From positions 372,001 through 436,000 of the forward strand of contig NIVC01000352.1 of the NCBI GenBank assembly GCA_002269645.1: DNA of 64,000 nt, given 5' to 3'. Positions within the stretch are counted from its first letter, which is position 1. Each line of letters opens with the position of its first letter. A program made the translations under genes and the position numbers. The notes under the pieces are model-generated. The model had not been told where the DNA came from. It saw only the letters and a list, made by a program, of their open reading frames with translations, and did not search any database. Positions 17,778-30,140 of the stretch are shown one piece after another. Source of the stretch: Macrostomum lignano. Lineage: Eukaryota.

Positions 17778-19073
17778 ATGTCATCGGACGCGGACACGGC
17801 CACCTTGGCCCGGCAGTGGGTCGAGACTCACATAGCCCTGTTCGTGGTCATAGTGGTCTCCGCAGTGCTGCTAGTGGTCACAATCATTGCAGTGCTAGCG
17901 TACTGCTGCTGCTGTCGAAAGAAGCGTCGAGGAAGTTGGAGCGGCGGCGGCGGCGGCGTCAAGAGCAGCGGCGGCGACAGCAGCTACGCCCAGGGGGACA
18001 GCGTGGACGCATCCTCAGCCGTAACAGCCACGGCTCGCGGGCCAAACGTAGTGGAAATTAAAGTTGAGAATGAATACCACAACCAGCAGCAGCAGGGGCT
18101 CGACTATCAAGCAACAATTGGGTCGCCAGGAATTGAGCTTAGCCAAAAGGAGTCGGCCAGCGTAGAGGATGTCAGGCTCCAGCAGTCGTCGCAAGCGGAG
18201 CTGCGCGCCGAGTTTCCTAACCTGCCGCATCTGCCGAAGGGCGTCGAGGTGACCAAAGAAGCGGAGCTACGTCTGCACGACAAGCCGCTGCAGGAAGTGC
18301 AGGCCAATTTGACGGCCGCCGCGTACGCCTCGGCTGCCGCCTCCGCTTCCGGCTCGATTGGAGTCTCTGCCGACGTCGAACCCGCGAAGCTGGACGACAC
18401 GCTGCGACTGCCACGCACCGAGGTTGTGATGCAGTCCGAGATCGAGCCGCAGCGCCAGCAGCCGCTGCGCTCCTCGCCAAAGAAGGCCGCCGCCCCGGCG
18501 CCGTCTGTTGTCATCGTTCCGCCCAAGACTGAACCGCAGCGGCGTATCCACGACGACCGTCCGTCGCACGAGCATCGGCACGGCTCCAGCATCTACCAGA
18601 GCGATGACAATGAGATAACAATTGTGGACAGCGATTTCTCCGACTACGAGGACACCCCGGAGGACGAGTACAGAAAGCGGGAGAGGAAGATAAAGTCCCG
18701 AATCGGCGCCGCGTTGGACGCCAGCATCGACATCGACGCCGGCGGCGAGGCCGACTTCGGCTGGGAGACGCTGCCGAACCAGTCGGTGACGGTGGATGAG
18801 GCGCCGGTCGTCGCGGTGGACAGACAGGGCGTGGAGTACATCCCGGCGCCGTCGCCGTCGTTGGAGGAGCAGCAGATGCGGCGGGTGGACAACCTCGCGG
18901 AGCTGGACCGGACGCTGGAAGTGTTTCAAATCGAAGCCGACGCTGAAGCGGGCAGCAACGATGGCGTCGGCATCGGCGTCTCTGTCGGCGGACAGTTAGA
19001 ATTCGGCGCCGATGTTGAACTGGTTGACGAGGAGACGATCGAGCCGCTGGACCGCAGCCAGATGCCGCATTAA
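17778..19073 (+). CDS. Intronless single-pass membrane protein, 431 aa, with a long acidic disordered tail
   Basis: GC-rich ORF with one hydrophobic helix (IALFVVIVVSAVLLVVTIIAVLAY) followed by CCCCRKKRR (palmitoylation/stop-transfer pattern). No signal peptide. The ATG overlaps a CAG|GTATGT donor-like site, so the start is slightly uncertain. Confidence 0.8.
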   Translation: MSSDADTATLARQWVETHIALFVVIVVSAVLLVVTIIAVLAYCCCCRKKRRGSWSGGGGGVKSSGGDSSYAQGDSVDASSAVTATARGPNVVEIKVENEYHNQQQQGLDYQATIGSPGIELSQKESASVEDVRLQQSSQAELRAEFPNLPHLPKGVEVTKEAELRLHDKPLQEVQANLTAAAYASAAASASGSIGVSADVEPAKLDDTLRLPRTEVVMQSEIEPQRQQPLRSSPKKAAAPAPSVVIVPPKTEPQRRIHDDRPSHEHRHGSSIYQSDDNEITIVDSDFSDYEDTPEDEYRKRERKIKSRIGAALDASIDIDAGGEADFGWETLPNQSVTVDEAPVVAVDRQGVEYIPAPSPSLEEQQMRRVDNLAELDRTLEVFQIEADAEAGSNDGVGIGVSVGGQLEFGADVELVDEETIEPLDRSQMPH

Positions 19074-20682
19074 TCGCGAGGGCATGATTGAAAGGATATT
19101 AAATGGAAAATCAACGCAGCAGTCAAGGACCACTGTAGAATTAGTGGCAAGGATTGTTAAATTTCCTAAAATTTGTCACATTTCCGATTAACTACTGTAT
19201 ATGTAAGTTGGGCGAACAGTTTTAAAAAGATTAATAAAACATGTCGCAGCCACGTACAACTGAAGTAAAAGGATGCGGAACCTCAACTTTTTTAGAAATG
19301 AGCTGGAGGCCAAGGTAAAGAACGTATTTTTGCTGCATGGCTAGTGCAGAAGTATATGCTCTATAGAAATCGCATTTTTCTTGAACAAATTTGTCATGAC
19401 AAAACCCCATTCAGCGCTCATCAGCTCATTTCCAAGAAAATCGAGTTTAGCGTTCTTCTACTTCAGTTGCCCATAGTTAGTAGCGTCCTCGTACTACTTT
19501 TAGTAGGCTTTCATTTGATTGATTCCAGATCAAATACGTTATAACCTATCTCTTCGATCATAAATGCATCGCTACTCAGTGTTTGATGCAGTAAGTTTAG
19601 TTTGCCAGGCAAATTTACAATATCACCTGTTCTGCTTTTAGAACCTTGCTATAAAAGTGTGTATAAACTGCTACTAACAGCTTTGATTTAGCACTGGCCA
19701 CTGTATTACCTTGGATACCCAGAATGCTTTTACCCGTATAAGAATTGATTCAAGAATAACATATTCAATATTTAAAAAATCTAATTTTTCTGTGCAAATC
19801 GAAACTACTAATAGTAGTGAAGTTTTATATTGAAATTTTTTGCGTGCCCTAGTAATTAATTAATATTCAATTATCATGTACGTTTTTTATTCGTAAAGCC
19901 AAAACTTTTCTCTTACGACTTTTCACACTCCAGTTTCTTCTAAAAGCTGGAAAGTGTAACTATTAATTAATGAGAAATACATTGACACTCATATAACTAT
20001 GCATAACGGAAATAATATTAATCATTTTTAAACGCCTCATTTTATTTTCAATTCACTCAGACATGCCAGCACTCAATCTACGCAATCCCAGATGTCTCAG
20101 CATTTAATCTACATGTAGGTACCCCTACCCCAGGACATGCTCGCACTAAAAACTTCTGAAGGCGCAGTATTTCTTCCTCCACTCCGCCAGGTGGCTCCTG
20201 GATCTGCACTCCGCCAGGTGGCTCCTGGATCTGCACTCCGCGGGCCATAAAAGCAATGAAATCTTAATTCCACTAGTTAAGTTGGTATGCAAAGGTGCAA
20301 CACGATTAAAAGCAGCAAATTATGGGATGCAAATTGCATCTAATTGCCTATTTTATTTCACAAACCGAACTGGTAAACTGTTTAGTTGGTTACAACTCAA
20401 AAATTTGAGGTGATGATTTGTGTGAACTAATTAAAACTGCTAAGTGCCGGTTGGCATACAGACAATAAGCATGCACAGTCAATAAGTATTAAAATGTTGA
20501 ATTAAAAAAAGATAAACAATAAACTGCAAAAGCAAAGCACCTTGGATTTGGAAACACGCACGATTAGAAAACTATAGACAATTATTAATGAATACAAAAA
20601 TATGATTTACACAGCTAGGCTATGCATATATATAAAATATGTCCAATGCAATACCTGGATAGTGAGCTGATCGAAAACGCAT

Positions 20683-23600
20683 TCATTCATCAGACTGCTG
20701 GCTCCGCTGCCGGAGCCGCTTGCTCAGTGCAAAATCTGGCGACTTGGCCACAGTGAGCGGCTTCTCACTGCGGTGGATCCTCATTGGCTTGTAGTGTCTG
20801 ATTGGCTGCGCCTTGGGCACAGAGGCTGCTCGCAGCTGCTGGATCTGCTGCTGCTCTCGCCTGCACAGGCTGTCCTTGCGCTGCTGCCTGAGCTGTTCGT
20901 GATGCCGCTCTCGCTGGATGCGCAGAGTCTCCCATTTTGAGCGTTGCTGGCAGCGGCTCTCGGTTGCTAGGCGAGGCCCACCAGCAGCCGACTCGCTGTT
21001 TTCATAATCTACAGACAGGCAAATTGCACAGTTGGGTCTTTAAATATTCACTTTAATACACGGTACTGGCCACAGATACGAGAATAACCAGACGGGCCAC
21101 TCAGCACATTTGCGTGCAAGCTACGAGTACTTTCAGTTCAGTAGCAAGTTAAACAGAAGCATTTTAATGTAAGTTTAAAGCCAAGGCTCATTTATTGGCT
21201 CTTACCCTTAAACCCTCCAACTGCGCCTTTCCACACTACCCCCCCTCGCCCCGCCCCAATTTTTATTGCCTTTCTCGGAATTCCAGTCTAAAGCTGCCAT
21301 GTACATTTCAGTGGACTGGCTAATGTACATTATTGCTGAACCAATTAGCAAGCTGTTTACGCCTGCAAGCTTTGGGCTTTTAAACTTATCAAAGTCGTTT
21401 CAGCTGCCTTTATTTTTTATAAAATAGCTTATGTATTCTTATTTGCTACTGAACTGAAAGTAGAAAGCTGTTTTACTAAGCATTTGTGCCTGAGTGGCCC
21501 ATCTAGTCATTTTACGAGCTAGTATCTGTGACACTGCCAATTCCAACCAAGATGCCAAATTGGCAAACCAGTTTCTTGCAGAACCCAATGAAATTTAGTT
21601 AAGTTCTATAACTAATATTTTATAACTCAGCTTTTAAAATTATTAGTGTTAAAATGCTTAGATTGCAAGGTTATTAATATTTTATAGTTTGTAAAAGAGT
21701 TAATAGATAATCAGATATACTAAAAATCAAAACTAGATCTAGAAAAAGTTTTTATCTGCTTGCAGACTAACAAGCTGCAGACAAAATAATAACACATTAG
21801 AACTGCCATATAAATGAGCACTTAGGTGGAGTCATGAATAGCAATGGTTAAATTTGCATGGAAATGTCTAGTTATACTCAATGCTGGAAGCACATGGTAT
21901 TTAATATCTAGCTCTATTTCCTTTAACTGTGCTTAACCCAAAGCCATGCATTTTTTCTCTAATGAAATATGTCTAGACCAAATGCCAAACCATAGTCTTT
22001 CTTAAAGATGTGTCATGCATTGTCCTATCCTTAATTCCTTCCTTCATATATGAATCAAGCCTATAACCATTAATACTTCACTCTAAATGCAAACCATTTA
22101 GTCCTTAATTCCCTAATTCCTATTTAGCTCAAATTCCTTTCCTGAATTTATGAGCCACTTTAAAATTTTCAATTCCAATTTGAACCAAAATATTTGGTTG
22201 ATTGAATTTGATTCTAAATATTCCAAAAAAATGCCATATCTCTAATGTATACTAATAGTTAGACCCATAGATACTAAAATAACTAGATGGGCCACTTAGG
22301 CTTACTTCTACTTTCTGTTCAGTAGCAAAGAAGAATACATAAGCTATTTTATAAAAAAGCCAGCTGAAACGACCTTGATAAGTTTAGAAGCCCAAGTTTG
22401 CAGGCGTAAACAACTTGCTAATTGGTTCAGCAGTAATGTACATTAGCCAGTCCACTGAAATGTACATGGCAGCTTTAGGCTGGAATTCTAAGAAAGGCAA
22501 TAAAAATTGGGGTGGGGTAAGGGATAATTTGGAAAGGCACAGTTTGAGGGTTTAAGCTTAGGGGTAAGAGCTAATGAATAAGCCTTGGTTTTAAAAATAC
22601 ATTAAAATGCTTCTGTTTAACTTGCAACTAAACTGATTATAGTTTGTACACAAATGTGCTAAGTGACTAATCTAGTTATTCTAGAATCTATAATTTAACC
22701 ATATGCCTTATAGCTAGGTAAAGAACTTTTGCATTTAAAAACATGATAAAAATTGATAAAAGCCAAAAACATTAACTATTAACTAATGGTAATAGATATA
22801 TAGTCCTTTAATCTTCTTAAGACTAAAATGTGCCTTTGGCTTTGGCCTTGTGACTTGATAAATATTAAAACTTCTTCTATAAGGTAGCATGATTATTTCA
22901 CTTAGTATTCAAGTTGAATTCCTGCAAAAATGCTAACTTGTTTTAATGCTTAAATAAATATATTTATTTTTTGTTATAAATGTATATGAAAATTTGGCCA
23001 TCTTGAACTTTAGGTAAATAAAATACTACCAATTTTCCAATTTTCTGAAACTTTGCCAGAGTCTTAGAGGTTGTCCAAAATGATAATAAAGCAAAAAACT
23101 GCAAAACATTACCCTCAGAGGTAACAGGAGCTTGATTTGTTAATCTCCTATGTAACTAATGGTAATTTGATCCAAGCAGTTTAAGAGAATTATGTGTTGA
23201 AAATAGTGTCTATTATAATTTCTCTTCACTCAATTTGTTATGGTGCAGCAAGAGTGGAACATCAGTTTACTATTTTTAAAAAATGCTGACTAATGGTTTG
23301 CCACCCACCCCTTACCACCCGCTTTTTGATTCACTGTCATTCTCTTATTATTGATTACTACTAGCCATACATTCTTTTGTTTACCTATACTAATTTCTAC
23401 TAATCTGCATTGTCTCCATTTTGAAGGAAACTATAGCTGCTAATATCAATTGGTTTTGATAGGATTATAATTTTTTCTTTATGGTTGTGTTTTTGATAAC
23501 TTGTTGAATTTTTAATTTAAGCTTCATTTTGATTTCCCTCCTAGGACCCCCCTCAGTCTCCAAATTTATCTACCTAATCTTCAATAGACCTCCATGCCTC

Positions 23601-26248
23601 TATTGAAGTTTAGGTATATAAAATCAATCCCCATGAAGATTTCCCCACCCTAAAATCCCACATTCCCCATGCCCCAGTGGTTGATAGTTGTCAGCCCCCC
23701 TTCCCTCAGTCTCCAAATTTATCTACCTAATCTTCAATAGACCTCTATGCCTCTATTGAAGTTTGGTTACATAAAATCAATCCCCATGAAGATTTTTCCC
23801 ACCTTAAAATCCAACATTACCCATGCCCCAGTTGTTGATAGTTGTCAGCCCCCCCGAGACCCTCCTCTCAGTCTCCAAATTTATCTACCTAATCTTCAAT
23901 AGACTTCCATGCCTCTATTGGAGTTTAGGTACATAAAATAAATCCCTATGAAGATTCTCCCTGCCCTAATACCTCCCATTCCCCATGCCTCAGTTGTTGG
24001 TAGTTGTTAGCCTCCCCCCTCAGTCTCTGAATTTATCTACCTAATCTTCAATAGACCCCTATACCTCTACTGAAGTACATAAAATCAATCTCCATAAAGA
24101 ATCTCCCCACCCTAAACCCCCCAATTCCCCATATCCTGATGGTTGGCTTTAAGCTACAAAAAATGATGCTCAAATTTGAATTCAGCACCATCAAAAACCC
24201 CTATAAAGACAATATTATGATCCTATTGAAACTACAACTATTTTCTCTACCTAAAGTTCAAGAAGGCCGAAAATTTGCCTATAAAAGGAAGTGAGTTTTG
24301 CCTTGAAGTAAACAACTGTCTTGCACTCTTGCACAGTTTGACTACTTGAAACAATCAGTTTGATATTACAACTTAGACATTTAAAAGAGAATTGAGAACA
24401 ACTTTTTCATTTGGGGTTCTAAGAAAGGTTCAAAAGAGGTTGCAAAGGAGATACTTAGTGATCTACTATGCAAAGCAATACTTAAAAATAGCACCATGAC
24501 ACTTTGATCTCAGTAGGCCACTCAATTGGATATATATATATATATATATACTAGTACTAGACTGCTCTGGCCAAAGCACTACTATACATAGACACTACTA
24601 GAATTAGACATTAGATGCTACTAGAATTATACATAGAATGCTACCTAGAAATGTAGACCTATTAAATCAATCAATTCTAAAAAATAATTAGACACATTAA
24701 TAGGGGAACTAGTTACTTCAGTGATAGTCAGTTTGGTGACAGTCACTTTAGTGACAACCATTTTGGTGATAGGTTACTTCGGTGACAAACGTATGTATTG
24801 AGCCAATGCAAATGGTTCAATAGGACATTTTTTGTAAAAAAACCTTTTGGTCAATAATTTAAACTCGATTTTGAATTTAAGTTAATAGCTGTCTTAGAAA
24901 TGACTGTATTTCAATGTGCTGCTAAGTGAAGATACAAAATATATTTAAGGTAGGCCTACAATATAATTTTTTGTTTAAGCAAAGGGTTTCTAAGAAATAA
25001 ACATAAAAAATTGCTCTAAGAAATAAATCTAACTCTTAATTAATATATCTTATAATTTTACCTTTACATCTATGCTTTGCTGATGTGCATGGACAAAGTA
25101 TTTTATATATTTATTTTGTAAGCTTTTGACAAGTTACATTTTCAACTAAATAATATAGCATGTTTCTGCGAAGCTGCACTTTGCTTTGAAAAGAAATCTT
25201 AAAAATTATAATATACATTATTTTTCTTAGAAACATGAAACACCTCACTTTAAACAAGCAGTATACTTCTTTTTTAAAACTAACCTATTTAAGCAAGGCA
25301 TTAAATTACGAGTGACTATTGTAGAGTATTTTTTTTCAGTTTAGATGTGAAATTATGCACACATTATTTTGTCACCAAAGTAACCTGTCACCAAAATGGA
25401 TATCACCGAAGTGACTGTCACCGAACTGACTATCACTGAAGTAGGCCCTAACCGTAATTCATTAATAGTAGGACAACTTTGGTAGCATATCAGTAGGATT
25501 TAAAAAAAGGAGAGCCAAAAAGCCTAGTAGGCCTACAACTTGGTGCTAGCAGCCAAGATTTTAATAGAGAGAAATTAACCCCTAGTATATATATTATATT
25601 TTGATTTTTATGCATTATTACCTCTAAAGTCAGCCATACACTTTTAAAAAAATTAAACAACTTATTAATTAAAATTAAATAGTTTTTTAAAAATAAAATA
25701 AAATAAATCAATCAGTCTGTTTAAATATCAAGCAGCAGCTGCATCTTTATTTTGTTACAATTGATATATTTGGAAAATTTGCCAAAATGGCCTAATATTG
25801 TTGCTGAAGTGACTATTGCCAAAATGTCTTGTCACCAAAGTGTCCTTCACCAAATTGTCTTGTTGCTAAAGTAACTGGTAGCCTATGTGATGACCATAAT
25901 AAGCATAAATATAGGCAACATAGAATGGTCTAAGGGCAAGGCTATGTATTGAATGCTAAGCTCACCAGATTGAGAAACAGAAGCGGTTGTCTTAGCAGAA
26001 GTAACAGCTGTATCCTCTTCAATAACAGATAGTTTGTCAGTTAGAAAATCATTAGATGTACATGGCTCACTGCATGTTAGGCCTAAACTAATTTTACTAT
26101 CTGCTCCAGACTCAGACTGCTGTCGAAAGAACCATGAATCATCAACTTTAGCCTCCTCAATGCAATCAAGCTTTTGCGGACAGTCTATGCTATCAAACAT
26201 ATTGCTTTCAAACGAATTAGGTCTACACGTCCCTGGTTTAAAATCCAT
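20683..26248 (-). CDS. TPX2: TPX2-like protein, two exons (26248-25966 and 21008-20683), ~202 aa
   Basis: Exon 2 (absent from the ORF track) encodes a coiled coil then LRAASVPKAQPIRHYKPMRIHRSEKPLTVAKSPDF, matching the TPX2 C-terminal domain as I recall it (LVHKANPIRKY...SDQPLTVPVSPKF). Exon 1 has DCPQKLD...DDSWFF, resembling the Aurora-A-binding DAP...DSWF motif. The phase-1 donor TCTG|GTGAGC and phase-1 acceptor TGTAG|AT are compatible. Confidence 0.8.
21071..21530 (+). mobile_element. ~450-bp MITE family, copy 2 (TPX2 intron)
   Basis: Matches 16147-16593 along its length. Confidence 0.85.
22266..22692 (-). mobile_element. ~450-bp MITE family, copy 3, inverted (TPX2 intron)
   Basis: Reverse complement of copies 1 and 2, more diverged. 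Confidence 0.8.
23554..24145. repeat. ~153-162-bp tandem repeat, 4 units, each with an internal hairpin
   Basis: Units start at 23554, 23707, 23869 and 24021. Each contains cttcaataga...tcta(t/c)tgaag. Confidence 0.9.
24701..25450. mobile_element. Foldback-like non-autonomous element with ~85-bp modular TIRs
   Basis: Left tacttcagtgatagtcagtttggtgacagtcac...ggtgacaaa; right arm is its reverse complement. Arms are built of ~15-bp GGTGAC subunits. Confidence 0.75.
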
Positions 26249-27203
26249 CTGATAAATCTACTCACTAGGCCTAAATAAACTTAGCAAGAGGTCGTCACAA
26301 GTTTTATAATAGATGCCTATAGACTATAGTATAGGGCCGAGTGATGATTAGATCTAACAGAGTTCTTTATTTAGTTTCGATCTGACTCACTCACACTGGA
26401 TTCGATTTAACTAGTTAAGATTGGTAAGATCGTAGGCCTAAGATCAGTGTAACTCGATCCCCGCTGGGAAAAAGATCACAAGCATCCAGTTCATCCAACG
26501 TGAGCCGCGAATTTAAATTTGCTGAAAAGCGAGTTCCTAGAAAGCTCAGAGAATGCTATTCACGAGTAAAATAAACACATACGCTCATAGTCGGATCTAA
26601 ATGGTTGGAATTGTTTACCAAAAGAGTTTGATTCTCAGTAGAATTGTTTGCTCAAACCCAGCAATTATTTTAGCTTAAAACCTCATCATATGACACCCAG
26701 GCATCTCACCAAAGTCCCTTAGCAGTCTTATGCAACACAAAGTTGCTTCAGCTCTTTCATGTGGCAGTACAGAATATTAAGCTTTTCACGAATATTATTT
26801 CCAGAACCAGAATAATTCCGATTCCAGAACCAGAATCGGTAGGAAAATGAAAAGCTTCGAACTCATTTTATGTTTTTCAGTCTTTACAATGTACATGTAA
26901 TTTGTCTTTCCTTGACTTTGTTTACTCTTGGATATGGCAAAAAAACAGATTAATAATATAGCAATTGACGATTTCAAATATATTTTACTGTTAAAGCGTA
27001 AACATGACAATTCGGATCCAGAAATTTTCTCGATCCAAATTCCAGAACCAGAACACGGTTCTGGAACCAATTCTGAAAATGGAGCAGGTAATTATATGAA
27101 GCTCAAAAACCGATCGATTCTCTGATTCTGGAATTTGTAAAATGAACTCATTAGTTCAAAGATACCGCGCTACTTACTGTACGAAAAATTACGAAGGTGA
27201 GTG

Positions 27204-27256
27204 ACTTATCCCATGGACAACTAGAGTAGACTACTCTAGTTGTCCATGACTTATCC
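27204..27256. mobile_element. 37-bp palindromic transposon remnant with an 8-bp TSD
   Basis: acttatcc + CATGGACAACTAGAGTAG-A-CTACTCTAGTTGTCCATG + acttatcc; perfect 18-bp arms. Confidence 0.9.
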
Positions 27257-27989
27257 GTGCAGCAATGCCAGGTACGTGATTTTTGCCCGTATTTAGGACA
27301 CAATTTTTATGCAATGCTGATTTTGGGCGTCCAAAACTGATCAGCGTTCTATATTTCATATATTTGAAATAGAAATACAACAATATGAAAGTCAAGTTTT
27401 CATTATGGAACTATATAAAACACAGCAGAGTAACATATTTTGCATGCTAAATTAACGAAATGTTATAATCTTCTCATCCCCAGAGCTGATCAGATCAAAT
27501 GCGAATCATTGATTTCTTTATGAAAAAATGAATATTTATCGCCGCTGATATTTTTCAGGAAATTATAGCCTTAAAAAATTACAGGATCTATGAGTTTTAC
27601 GTTCTGTTATACTGGTCATTGGTGGAACCTCGAGGCATCTTTCGCGATCTGGTGCTCGACTGGTCCCCCCACCTTTGGAAATAAATCAATTTCTGGCGCA
27701 GATTCCTATACCCTATAAAAGCTCCCTCTCTCTAGGATCATAAGTTCACCTGGGGAGAAGTATAGTTCGGTCGATAGCGAGCGGTCCCCCTCCTGGTGTC
27801 GGGCCAGCCTAGTGGGTTCTTTAATTCGGCCAACTGCCCGGTCAGGTGGAGCGGCCGGGTGGGAATTAACCGCGCCCCTTCGAGGTTATAGCCCGGCCCC
27901 TAACCTTCGTCGGCAGATCCGACGAAGCTCTTAATGAGGCTCGGCTTGGGCGCAAACGCGCTACGAGGGTAAAACAAACGACAATACCT

Positions 27990-28750
27990 TTCGTGGTTTT
28001 TGTCCCTGCAAAGAGCATCACTGCCCAATGCTTGAAGATGCTTGAAGAAGAGCACCACTGCCAGATTGGAACCTACAATCATTCGATGGATGGAGCCACC
28101 CAATTGCAGCGGGAATTGTTACTGAGGATTTCATGCGACCGTGCGGTCAGAACTTTCAAGGCTTTCAAATCTCCTGGACCCGATGGTATTTACCCTGTTC
28201 TTCTTCGCGAAGCAGCTAAGACACCCACGTTCTTAAGACTTACCCGCAATCTCATGCGGTCCTCTATTCCTCTGTTCCCCAGCCCTTTCAACAGCTCCGG
28301 AGGTTCTTTTTGCGCCTCTCGCGAAAAGACATCCGGGCTGCCGTACCGGCTGCTTCTCCAGGCACCAGTACCTGCGGGACAATGCCACCAATGCCAACTG
28401 TAGTTTCTGCAACTCAGGTGACGAAACTGCTGAGCATTTTGTCAGCATCTGTCTCGCCTTCACGCGAGCCAGACTCACTTACCTCGGGTCATACCGGTAC
28501 ACATCAATTACTGAGGCGTGCAAACCCATAAATTTTAATCAGCTCATGCGCTACCTCCAGGCCACCCGCAAAGCTGAACTCTCCTTTTCAGAGAGCACCA
28601 TTGCTGCTGGCGACACTGGGGGACCTCCCTGGGCGGCGCCAACCCTTCGTCCATAGCGACGCGTCGGCCGTTCAGAGATTAGCGGAATAGGTATTCGCAC
28701 CTTCCCGCTGTGTCCCCTCCCAAACAGCCCAGCTCAAGTCAAGTCAAGTT
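27990..28750 (+). pseudogene. Internally deleted LOA/R1-type non-LTR retrotransposon fragment
   Basis: DRAVRTFKAFKSPGPDGIYPVLLREA (RT N-terminal region) is joined to LSRKDIRAAV and CSFCNSGDETAEHFVSICLAFTRARLTYLG (C-terminal CCHC finger). Ends in a short caagtcaagtcaagt tail. Confidence 0.75.
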
Positions 28751-29199
28751 CTTGTTTAAATCCCGAACTTCGGCAAAGCATTCTCGCCCCCGACAGCATC
28801 AGTTCGACTCCACCAGCAACTACAGCGACGCCAGTGTTTACGCCGCCTTGAACTGCCCGGACTGTCATCTAGTATGCATGCGTATATTCCCTCCCTTGCC
28901 AATAACATTTATTGACGTCGAGGCAGATGCGGCCAAATTACTCTTGAAAAATCATTAGACATTCAGTTAATCTGCATGTCTATAGTCATGTTGCGAGAGT
29001 ATTCGTACAGTGCTGTGCTGCGGATGTAGGAGAGAAGTTAAGGTTCAAATAATGTATAATTAGCTACATTTATAACAAATCTACAAGCCCTATAACTAAA
29101 TTACGAACAGCTCAGAGATAGCGTGCGTCACTGTGCGGCAGGTACATCGCCATGGATTTTTATACGGCGGGGGACAAAGCAAAGAATTTTACATGTACG

Positions 29200-30140
29200 G
29201 GCAGGCACTCATTTTGGCGCCGCAGGCACTCATTTTGGCGCCGCAGGCACTCATTTTTGCGCCACAGAAACTCATTTTGGCGCCGCAGGCACTCATTTTA
29301 GCGCCGCAGACACTCATTTTAGCGCCACAGGCACTCATTTTAGCGCCGCAGGCACTAATTTTAGCGCCGCAGGCACTCATTTTTGCGCCACAGAAACTCA
29401 TTTTAGAGCCGCAGGCACTCATTTTTGCGCCACAGAAACTCATTTTAGAGCCGCAGGCACTCATTTTGGCGCCGCAGGCACTCATTTTTGCGCCACAGAA
29501 ACTCATTTTGGCGCCGCAGGCACTCATTTTAGCGCCGCAGACACTCATTTTAGCGCCACAGGCACTCATTTTAGCGCCGCAGGCACTAATTTTAGCGCCG
29601 CAGGCACTCATTTTGGCGCCACAGAAACTCATTTTGGCGCCACAGAAACTCATTTTGGCGTCACAGAAACTCATTTTAGCGCCACAGGCACTCATTTTAG
29701 CGCCGCAGGCACTCATTTTAGCGCCGCAGACACTCATTTTAGCGCCGCAGACACTCATTTTAGCGCCACAGGCACTCATTTTAGCGCCGCAGGCACTCAT
29801 TTTAGTGCCGCAGACACTCATTTTAGCGCCGCAGAAACTCATTTTAGCGCCGCAGGCACTCATTTTGGCGCCGCAGGCACTCATTTTAGAGCCGCAGGCA
29901 CTCATTTTAGAGCCGCAGGCACTCATTTTAGCGCCGCAGGCACTCATTTTAGCGCCGCAGGCACTCATTTTAGCGCCGCAGGCACTCATTTTAGCGCCGC
30001 AGACACTCATTTTAGCGCCGCAGGCACTAATTTTAGCGCCGCAGGCACTCATTTTAGCACCGCAGGCACTCATTTTAGCGCCGCAGGCACTAATTTTAGC
30101 GCCGCAGGCACTCATTTTAAAGCCGCAGGCACTCATCTTG
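29200..30140. repeat. 21-bp minisatellite, ~45 units
   Basis: Unit gcaggcactcattttagcgcc. It is stop-free in several frames, which gives the spurious 315-399-aa ORFs. Confidence 0.97.

Noticed and set aside
27700-27960. HDV-like ribozyme in the LINE-adjacent GC region
   Set aside because: The P3/L3/P1.1 elements could not be paired on either strand.
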